DNA of 64,000 nt from Schizochytrium sp. TIO01 (Eukaryota > Protista > Bigyra: Labyrinthulomycetes), in the NCBI GenBank assembly GCA_004764695.1, contig SMSO01000032.1, positions 3,504,483 to 3,568,482 of the forward strand. The letters run 5' to 3'. The notes beneath the pieces were generated by a model. It worked only from the letters and a program-made list of their open reading frames with translations, made no database searches and was not told the DNA's origin. The position numbers were made by a program, and so were the translations under genes. The first letter of the stretch is position 1; each line of letters begins with the position of its first letter. Below, in pieces: positions 41,801-52,254 of the stretch.

Positions 41801-44800
41801 GCTCTCGGGTTGCTGAGGTGACGGAGAGTAGCGGGTAGCAAAATCAGAGAGGGGTCCCCGCAGTCACAATATACGGGTACCCCACAGCAGGGAGCGAAGG
41901 CAGCCTAGGAGAGCGTGGCGATCAAATATAGACAGCGAGGATGCGGGGTGTGTGTGTATCAAAGGACCGCGGCGGTGACAATAGCAGGGTGTACTTGCTC
42001 ATAGGTAGTAGTGTGCTACCTATCTAGTTTGTGCTTCTTACTTCCAGAGCACCACGGAAGCTTCCTGCTTGAGCGTTTCAAGAGATAAAGTGAGATTAGA
42101 ATCACAGTCGGCCTCGTAATTCATTACTTGGACAAGCAAGGCCGGGATCTGCGAGGCTTTGCGGAAGCAGCTAGCTGACACAGTAGAAGCAAAACAGCTG
42201 TCCAGCTTGCTTGTTTTTGTGCAGGACCCCGACTGTTTCCATTTTGTCCAATCTCCAAAAAAACTCCTTTGAGGTTTAATTGGTGCATCGCCAAAGTTTC
42301 GGCTCAATCATTTGTCACCAGCCAGTGCTTAAACATCCAACGTTTACCATCTTGCAGTGCTTATTAATTGATACAGTTTTACAACTCTGCAGAACATGTT
42401 GGATTGCGGCCGGAGGGCTAACTTAGTGCGACGACTTAATCGCAGTCCAGCACGAATTCTATCCAGGTATCAGGTAGGTGGGTTACCTACCTACCACTAT
42501 CTCCCAAAACACATGAATTTCGATGATCGAAATTCATGGATTCCACTGGTCCTAGTTAATCAATATTCCAACTTGCAGGAATTCAACCAACCAAATCATG
42601 TTCAACTTCGAACGCCAATTGTAGCCAACGCCAAGCAGAGCCTTTGCCACCTCCGCAGACTCCAGTGGTTGCTTCTATCCAAAGGCATCAAACCATCCTC
42701 TGCACGAATCGAGCTAGCTCCCATTCATCATCAATTTCAAGTGCCAAGCAGGCCGCCACTTAGTTCCCTTGTACCATGTAACCATCGGGGCCTGGCGTCA
42801 CGTCCATAGTACCCCACGCTTGTGTCCCTCCTCCTCTGGTTTTGCGATAAATAAGCTAAATCTGTTTCATTTCGTGGTCGATTGTTGGCGCCACTCGCTG
42901 GTGGTCGCTGGGTTTGCCGAAGGCTTTGTAGAACAAACATACATTCATGGACGCAGTGGATGGCTGGCGGAGGCACTCGCCGGCTGGCCAAGAATGCCTG
43001 AGAATGACACGGTCTGGAGCCACCCATGATTGGCGCTGGCCATTTCCTCGCGCCGCCTCACGCGAATTCCCGTCACCACAGTTTTCTCACTGTCTTGTAC
43101 TTCTTCTTCTTTCTTTCTTTCTTTATCTCTCTAGAGAGTTAGATGTCTGTGTGTCTGTGTGTCTGTATAGAACTAGTTAGCCTCTCGCTAGTGTTGGATG
43201 CAGGGGTTAAAAAATGGCATGATTCACAGCTAGTATGGGTGGAAGCGGCGGATGAGGCATTCTCTTTGTCTGCTTTCTTTTGCTCGCATTGGACGCCACA
43301 GTTTACTTACTTACTTTTGGGGGCTCCCGCTTGCAAACTTGGAGAGCTTACAGTGCATTTCTTCTTCTTCTTCTTCTTCTTCTTCTTTCAAAGTTGTTGG
43401 TTTTAGCTCTCGTTTGATTGGCTGCCGCTGATTTATGGTTTTATATATAAACATATAAGTACAATAATGATAAAAACAAGACGTTCTTAACTAAAATAGT
43501 TTTAATTAAAAAGAGAGAAAGGGAAAAGAAAAGTACCTTTAGCTAGAGGTAGGAGGAATTTCTGTGTCCTATGCTGGCGATTGATCGACTGATCGATTGA
43601 TCCCTGGCGTCAGCTATATTAGGTCTCGCTTCTCGCAGGTTGTGAAGGTGTCAGGCTGTGAAGATGCGGGAGGAGGGAGATATCTTTGAATCAGTGCAGG
43701 ACCACGGCGGTCTATGGGCTGTTTTGAGGACGCAGCAAACAGCCGCGCGATGGATGGGTGGCTTACCACGTTTTCTTTGTTGAAAGTCAATGCGAATTTC
43801 AAAGAAACTCTAGAGCCCCATTGAAGTGCCTCTTTATAAAGTTCTTCTTCAAGTTTCCACTCTTTTTACAACATAGATTAAAATTGAAAAGTAGAACAAA
43901 ACCTTGGAGTTAAGTACCTTTCGAGGTATTGATTTAGTTTTAGCTTTTGGCTTTTAAAGTTTTATTTATTTATTTATTTATTTTTAATTTTTTAATAGAA
44001 AAAAGAGAATATTTTATTCTCTCCATAAATAAAAAAACAAAAAAAAACAGAGGAAGCTCGTGTCTACCCCCTTTACACGTGCCCAGGTCTCGTGCGACCT
44101 CTTGAGTTTATAATGTAAATGACCTTTCTTCCGACAGCTACGAACGTCCTTGCTAGGGCAGGCGGGGTAGTTTTTGCTATTTGGGCATGCATGAAAGCAC
44201 GCCAATTGAAGTTCTTTGCGCGGAATTCTCGCTGCAAAATTATGAGGCAGGCACGAAGAAGCAGCTCCAAAAAGAGAACTTCCTCCTTGAATTCCGAACT
44301 TCGCCCGCGCCACCGATCTCGACCGCTTTGCTTTTCTTCTGCCTCCGTAGTAAGCACTCAGCGTGCGTGTCGTTTTTTATACTTCAATTCCAAGATTCCC
44401 CTCTCATTTCCATCACCTCCTCAATCTTGATGGAGCATTCATTCATTCTCTACAAACAAACAAACAAAAACAAACAATTAAACAAAACCGTGTGCGGAAC
44501 AAATATTTCCAACCATTTGGCAAAATCAGCTTGAAACTCGTGGTCTTCAAGATCCGCCTTTCCTATTCTATTTCGGGCTCCAAGCAGGCTGAGAGCTAGC
44601 TACCAAGGTCGAAGGCGCTGGCCCGAAAACCTCGTGGCCTCTGCTTTGGCGCAGCCGCGTCCAAGTCCATGAACCCTGATCATCCATCCATCCATCGTCA
44701 TGATCTATCTCAGCTGTTCTTGTCCACCCTCGCTGGCCGCCGCCCTCTTATATTTTAGCTAGCTGGCTATCTAACTGATACATGCGCTGCGCCCACTTTG

Positions 44801-46563
44801 AAGACAACTGCAGACCAGGGCGTCCATTCCTGGTCTTTTTGGTCCACTTGCAAAGTCGGGCATCCGCCTATAACCTACTGTGTGCGGCGGGTCTCTACAG
44901 TAGAGCTAATTCTATAACTCACTTGCTGCAGAAGGAAGCAAGCTTCTATTGTGCCGAGGGTCTGAGTGACTGAGCTCTCGCACTTGGACTCCCTCACTCA
45001 CTCCTCATCCCTGCAGGAATAGAATACTCAGTCAATCAAATGAATCAATGAATCAAGATTAAAAAGCGCGTCTCTACTTCTGGCAAACCAGAGACCAGCT
45101 CGAGGAGGAAGTGCTCAAGAATCAAGCCCAAGCTCCACACTGCTCGCAAGGCGGCATATGCTCTGCGCAGCCCTAGGTCGCTTCGTCTCGCCATTTGTGA
45201 AGTTTGCGCAGTATCATAGATATGAAATGAATGCGAAACTAATAGTAAGTGCCTACGTACCTACTAGCGGCATGTATCTGGAGCGGTAACATACGCACAC
45301 TCTTGCCGCTTCTATTTTAATATTTTGTTTAAAAATAACAATAAAAATAGTCAAGTATGTATATAAATTAAATAAACATTTAAAACGTTTTAAAAAATCT
45401 AAGTCCTTTCTTTCGTTCAGAAAGTCTCACTTTTATAGTTTTATTTAGTTTTTTAAAACTAGGGCATTCTAAAAACAAGTTAATGATAATCATGCACGAG
45501 AAACATTGAAGAGCTACTAATAGTAGCTATTTCTAAACTACTGGCAGATCACGGAATAAACTTCTTAAATAAAAACAATTAAGAATTAAAATTAAAAAAA
45601 ATAAAAATAAAAAGACTTTCCATGGTCACAACTTCTTTTGCCCAAGAGTGGGTTGGATGGATTCTCGTGTGAAATCTTCGGAAAACCACATCACATTTGC
45701 ATATTCATTCGATTGTTCTCCAGGAGAGCTGGACGCAGGTAGAAGACAGACGCTTGATTACCAGCAGCTCCCAAGAAAGGGCTGGAGAGAGCGAGACTCA
45801 GAGGACGACGATTCTGCTGTGCTGCTTGCTTGTGTGGAACGGCAAACCTCTGCAACATTCCATCCGCATTCACATCCATATCAACTCATTCCTCATAGCT
45901 CCTTCGCCCATAATCCATCCATAGTAAGAAGGTCCCTTCAGACAATTTGTCAACGATTCCTTCAAATCGATCACGATTAGCAGAATCAAACAAAACAAAA
46001 CAAACCAAACCAAAACAAAACAAAACAAACAAACAAAAGCCTTGAGGACCAGAAGAAAGGAAGAACGAATTGCAGCCAATAATAGCCTACCGCAGCGAAG
46101 GCCCTCCGCTCCTTTTCAGATACTCCTTACGCTGCCAATTCGAAGGCGCTCCATTCGTTTCTTTCTTTCTTTCTGAGCTGAGCTGAGCGGGAGCGGCAGC
46201 GAAGCGGTTTCGAGGTGCGAGACGAAGCGACCTCGTATCACTATGGAATAATGCGTATGTAGCAGCAGCAGCTTCTTCCGCCTTTTCGAAAACAGTCCCT
46301 CTCGCCAGGCTTGCGGGCCTGCGCCCTCCTAGGCTAAACCCTACCACAGCCCCAATTCCAGCTAGCTAGCTACCGCCAGCTTCCTCCTGCTTACATAAAG
46401 TCCCAACTACGGGCCCGCTTAGGCTAAACGGTAGCCAGCCGCGGGTAGGACCGCGGGCAGACCAGGATATGATATGAAGGCCTCTTTCTTTCTTTCTTCG
46501 CTTCATTAGCTTTTACTTCCTGCGGACTTTGAGGAGGAATGGAGTTTTGGAGACTTCTTCTCT

Positions 46564-46628
46564 TCTCTGCTCTGCTCTGCTCTGCTCTGCTCTGCTCTTG
46601 TCTTGTCTTGTCTTGTCTTGTCTTGTCT
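46564..46628. repeat. Compound microsatellite (CTCTG)n-(TCTTG)n
   Basis: Directly visible. Confidence 0.9.
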
Positions 46629-49600
46629 TTCCTTTTCACTTCCAATAAGGTGAGGTGGTTTTCGGTTCTCTTGCTTGTTTCGGGTTGTTTGCCGATTGAG
46701 AAAAGGAGTGTGTGCCATGAGATCTGAGATATTGAATTGAATTCAAATCTGAGATTTTGAATTGAAAAATTCAAATCTGAGAAACGCAGAGTTTGAATTT
46801 GAGGCCGGCTTTGAGAAGGGCGAAGCAAACCGTACCACGGGCAGACTTGGTTCGAGAGGACCTTCTTGCCGATTGGCACTGGCGCTGCACGCACGCATTG
46901 ACTGGGTTGAGCGAATGGCTGGCAGGAGCGAACGAGAAGCGTGTTTGGCCGTTTCGTGGCGCATGGTGATTGAATTGAAGGATGTCCGGTTTCTTGGCGG
47001 CGTCTTGTACATGTCTCTGGACCTGGAGAACGACCTGATCACTTGGCCGCCTGGCTTTTTGATACAAAAAGGTCTCGCAGGCTCGCAAGAAGGATCAGCA
47101 GAACACAGGGAGAGCGAGACTTTGGACTGCGTGGAAGACCGTATCATGATGGATGATGTTGTGGCAACAAAATGCGTTGAAACACGCCAGAGGTACCGAA
47201 ACTCGAAGGGGATACCGACTTGCGCTGCGCTGTGCAAGAGGCTGCGGAAGATGACCGAAGACGCTGCCGTTGAAGTAATTGTTACTGCTGGCACTGGGAT
47301 TCGTGTGCTTGAACGGTAGGTAAGCAAGTAAGCAAACCAAATCAGGCGGCAGAGCAGCCTCCTGAGGGTCGAATTGGGGCACCTGTCAGGTACACATAAA
47401 ACTTTCACTCCGAGAGCAGAGCAACGACTCTGGCCAGCTCGATTCCCTCGCTGATGTAATGTACGCGGAGAGACGATGGCGCTTTGGAGCCAACGAATCA
47501 CGAATGCGGAATATCTTCACGCAGAATTTGTGTGTAATGACTTTATCCGATGACGAGGGAGCACCGCTGTGACTGCCGAGAACAACAACGCAATCCTTCG
47601 GTTTATCCACACACAGAAATCTGCCTACAACCAAATTAGAGAGAGCAGACATTATTCCGATGTATCAAAAAAATGAGGAATCTTATATCGACCCGTGGCA
47701 TCATCAGATTGATCGAGAGTGGATGGCTCAACTTTGAGGCGATATCGTAGTTCCATGTGCCGAAAGGCTGTTTTTGCCAGACTTGAAGGCACGTTTTTTT
47801 TTGTTTTCTGTTTTTTGGGGGGTGTGAAGCGCTGACTTCGTAAGTCGTGTCCAGAGTTTGCCAAGGTTTCGTTTTATGATTCTATAAATCATGAGATGGA
47901 GAACAAATGCCCAGAATTCTTCAAGTAGCAGTAGACGGGAGTTACACTGTTACACTGCTTACCCTGAACATTGTTCCAGATTAGAGGTATCATCTTCAGC
48001 AGTGCTATCTACGTACGGATGGATGACATACCGCAGCAAAGTCCAGTTTTAGCAGACTGGTGAAAGAAAGAAAGAAAGAAAGAAAGAAAACCTTCAGCTT
48101 TCGTTATATTCTGCAGTATATATTTCTTTCAAGAACCCAGCTCTTCGATGGGCTCTTTGAGCAGGTCGGCAACAATGTAGGCGAAGCAAAATTGCAGAAT
48201 AAATGTCATGCATGGTCAGCAGCAAGTTTTCACAAACAGCTGCGTCCTTCGTATGCTACCAGCAAAGCGCGAGGCTGGCGGGAGGCATAGCTCTTGTCTA
48301 GCGAGTTTGCTATCAGTGGTCGTGGGAGGTTTCCGAATGGAGAGCCAACTGAAGAAGAAGATAATAATGGGAAACGAGAAGACCTTTGTATCGGGCACAC
48401 TGAAATTACTTAGAAAAAGGGAAGAGAAAGAGAGAGAGAAAAAAAAAACTTTTTTCAAAAAAGATTTCTTAGTTATAACAAAAAAGAGTCATGTACCCAG
48501 TAGGTGATACTACTACCTAGGTGCAAGAAAAAGAAAGAAGAACCGGAAAAAGGATTTTACGAACATTCGTTTTCTTGGGCTTGGAAATGTTTTCTTTCTC
48601 CGCGTTCACGGATTGCGAGCTTCCGGCCTCACACGATTGACGCCAAGATCATAGGTCTGAGTCAATAAGGAACCGCATAGCCTGCACCTTATGCTCCAGA
48701 AGCAATGCTCTCCCATCTTCTCGCAAAGTCCATCAGCCCCGGCCTCTTCCTTCGTCACGTGAGATGGCGCTTTCAACCGATTTCCCACGAGCTCTGTTTT
48801 TTTGCCGTCTTATTTTCTTCATCTTTTAGAAGATTAATTTAAATAAAAAAAAGAAAAAAAAAAAAGGAAAGAATTAAACGCGTGATGATTAAAAGCTGCC
48901 TAGCCTCTAATAAGACTCGACTAAGAGCGGGAACGGAGTAAAACAGACCAACGGGTCTCAAGCAAGTTCTGAAGCAAGCAAGCAAGCGAGCCCTCCCGTT
49001 TCTCTCAGGATACCCGAGTGGACAGCCGCGATACCTTGAAAGAAAAGAAAACCGCGGCCGGCCTGAGCAGAGTAGTCAGGCAGCGAGCAAGGCAACCTCA
49101 AGATGCACCAGGGAGGCCGAGCGGCCTTTTTTTTGTTCATGAAACGAAACCTAAACCGCCATCTATTCTTCTTCTTCTTCTTCTTCTTCTTCTTCTTTTG
49201 GAGAACACGTCACAATGAGTACATCTTTAACTCGAAAAGAACTCGAAGCCAGAAAGAAGAAATAAAGAACGAATGAATGAATGCCAAACAGCGATGAATG
49301 AGCTTTCCAATCAACTGCTAAAGAGGGGGAGATACAAACGAATACAAAAGGCGAAGAGGTAATTTATTTCAGATAGGAATTCAAGCGAAAGCGATCTTTC
49401 ACTCAATCGATTCATCGACCATTGAAAGAACTGTGAAAAGGCAGCGTCCGTATATATCTATATATGTATTGGCAAATGCTTTCTTTCATCGAGGCATAGG
49501 CACACCTAGCGATTTCTTTAGAAGGCAAGGATTCTGTGTATTATTATGCAAAGTTGTACAGGGAAAGAAATTGTGCTCCCTAAAGCGATGGGCACGAACG

Positions 49601-51871
49601 ATGAACGGATGGATGGATGGATGCCTGGGACTGGCGGGCTTTGGAGGCGAGAGACTTCGGGGCGTACGTTCACTGAGAAGGCACTTCGAGCTTGAAGGAG
49701 AAGCGGCCGCCGCGGCTGACTTGAAGGTCGAGGGAGGTGTTGAAGTCAGACATGCGGAATGCACGCGTCGCGAGGGATGGCGGAACTCCAAAGACCGCGG
49801 AAAAGAAGAAGCTTGAGCACGAGAACGAAATGCGAGAACTGGCAGTGCAGCCAGGACGAAGTGGACAGGACTGACAAGAAGAAGAAGAGGTGGCGACGCC
49901 AGCCGCAGAAGCCTGCGGCGAAGCTTGCTTCCGCCCGTTGGCGCAGCCTTGCTTGCGGCGTTCGTCCATGGCGGCGATGAGTTTTGCGCTCTCGCCTTCT
50001 TTTTGTCTCTCTCTCTCTCTTGTAAACTAAACTGTGAGCAATGGGGAAGAAAAGAGAAAAGCAGGGGAAGAAAGGAATGGAATTCAACGCGTAGCTTAAC
50101 TCTTTCATGTTTTGCGAAGAGTGAGCCTCTGAATGGTTTGCGCTCATAAACGATGTGGTTCCAGGCAATATGCAGGCAGGGATGACGTCACGTCTTCAAG
50201 TTCATTTCTTTCACTCAAGTTCATGACTTGGCCTCTGCAAGTGAATGAGTTAACTCCATTTGTATATATGTAGATATTAAAATATATGTATATATAAAAA
50301 TCAAGAATACCATAAAATACCTCCAAAAAATAATTAACATTAAATTAATAATAATAATAATATAGCAATAATTTATTATTAAAAAGAGCACGCGGTCTTT
50401 GTCTCCTAAAGCGCAAGAAAGAAGAAGAAAAAAAAAAGAGAGAACTCCCGAATAGGGGATACACGAGTTCCTGTATAGGTACACAACCCACTGCGTTGGC
50501 AGAGTTCATGATGCCATGAAGAAATGCCCTCATTTGTTGAACCTCGCTCTGACTTCGCTTGTCATGATCGTGACAGGTGGTCAGCTCCCCTCCCTTTTCC
50601 CTACAGGAGATATAAAAATGTGCTCTCTGGCCAGCCTGAGCGATCCTTTTGGACTCACTTCGTACGTACCTTGAGTTGGCGTTTCCTTCGGTTCTGTCTG
50701 CGTTCGTTGTTTTGTTTCAATTTTGTTTTCATCTTCTGAAAAGCCTGAAATTATTAAAGATAAACAAGAAAACAAATAAAAACTGTTTCTACGATTATCT
50801 AAAGGGTTGAACACTTTCATTCAAAGTTCTGTTTTGTTTCTCTTTCTTTCACTTTCTCTTTCTCTCTCTCTCTCTCTCTCGCACTCTCTGACGCGTTGCA
50901 GTGGACTGGTTTATCACCCTTTCTTTCACCAAAGGTGGCGCAGCTCAGGAGACGATCAGAGGCATTCGACCATCGTCTCTTGAAGTTGATGAGCTCAATT
51001 GAATCGAATTGAATTCAATTCGTTCACGTCGGCCCTTTGGAAATGAAGAAAGACTTCGAAAATTAAATAATAAATAATCAGAGGGACTCCCGTTCTCTTC
51101 TTCCTTTTCCCCCCTTTCCTCTTCTTCCCATTGACTTGGTATGCGGGTTCCCTCTCTTTTAGTTATATGGCCTTAGTCAAGAAGCGACTCTTTTTATTTA
51201 CGTCATATTTAAAAAAAACAAAAAAAAAAAAAAAAACTAAAAAAACTTAAGAAAACTCGAAAACTCGAAAACTCATCAAAAGAGGTATTCTATCCATCTT
51301 TAATTTAAACATGAAAGGGGCAGAAAAAACAATGCGCTTAGGGGATTTCCTTATCTAGCGCATTAGAGTGGGAAGTTCAAAAGAGCTGGAAAAGGAGTTT
51401 CCTCTGCCGTTGAAAGAGAAATCATTATAATAAATGCGGAGTGTTGAGAAATGGCCAATCTCCAAAGCAGCCTCTTTGCCTCCTTTCCTCTCTTCCTCTC
51501 CACAAACAAACAAGCAAACGAACAAGCAAGCAAGCAAGCAAGCAAATAAGCAAATGGAGTTGTCCTGAAGCAGCTGGGAGCCTGTCTTATCTCTAGAGCT
51601 ACTTCGTGAACGTCGCTTTCTTTCTTTTCTTGCTTTCAGTACTTTGATCAATCAGCAACAGTAGTGCACCGTAACATTGATCTCAACATTCAATCCGCCA
51701 TTCCTTTTTTATCTCGCTGTAAAAACAGTTTGGTTTCGTTCACATGATGCAACGTAATAAAAGCTTCATGAAAGCAGCCCATGATATCCATAATACTCTG
51801 AGGTGGTTTCGAAATTGAGAATAATAAGTTTTCATCGCAGCGGCGATCAGCTTTCTAAACGGAAGCAGAGA

Positions 51872-52095
51872 CAGAGAGAGTGAAAGAAAGAGCTTAAAAG
51901 AAAGAACTTAAAAGAAAGAACTTAAAAGAAAGAGAGAGTGAAAGAAAGAGCTTAAAAGAAAGAGCTTAAAAGAAAGAAAGAACTTAAAAGAAAGAGAGAG
52001 TGAAAGAAAGAGCTTAAAAGAAAGAGCTTAAAAGAAAGAAAGAACTTAAAAGAAAGAGAGAGTGAAAGAAAGAAAGAAAGAAAGAAAGAAGAAGA
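51872..52095. repeat. Purine-rich higher-order tandem repeat: 58/62/62-nt units, each built from three ~14-nt CTTAAAAGAAAGAR subunits plus GAGAGTGAAAGAAAGAG
   Basis: The TGAAAG landmark recurs at 51881, 51939, 52001 and 52063. Confidence 0.9.
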
Positions 52096-52254
52096 AGGGA
52101 GGAAGAAGAGAAGAGCGAGCACGCCGTGGAGGCAGACCCCGAACGGCGAGCCTCCATCAGCTGGTGATTCCCGCGGCCCTGCCCGCGAAGGACCCCGTGG
52201 GCGCCTCGCCCGAACTCCTGGGCGCCTCGCAAGCGTCAAGGCTGACAAAGAACG

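Larger units (their letters stand above)
33900..51860 (+). pseudogene. ~18 kb array of decayed typical-class LRR units broken by AT-rich spacers and microsatellites
   Basis: + strand motifs in nearly every GC-rich island: LERLESLDLKRC, FFSNLKML, SLRQLWVTAMILQRFPRG, LTDNPNLLLTLKTGSF, NDNKSSKIKVHNMVAGLVN, LCHLRRLQWLLLS, RANSITHL, IPHSSFAHNPSIVRRSL, FRGARRSDLVSLWNNAYVAAAASSAFSKTVPLARL (46208-46312), SLDLENDLITWPPGFL, LQYIFLSRTQL..GLFEQV (48111-), GGFRMESQLKKKIIMGNEKTFV (within 48307-48390), KNVLSGQPERSF, TLRW-FEIENNKFSSQRRSAF (51795-51855). Local strand is ambiguous at 36970-37480. Confidence 0.7.

Noticed and set aside
46743-47501. 252-aa minus-strand ORF
   Set aside because: Non-ATG start, Ser/Arg-rich, no motif; overlaps the + strand LRR-like frame
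51872-52095. Possible CRISPR-like repeat array
   Set aside because: Units are contiguous low-complexity duplicates with no unique spacers, in eukaryotic context
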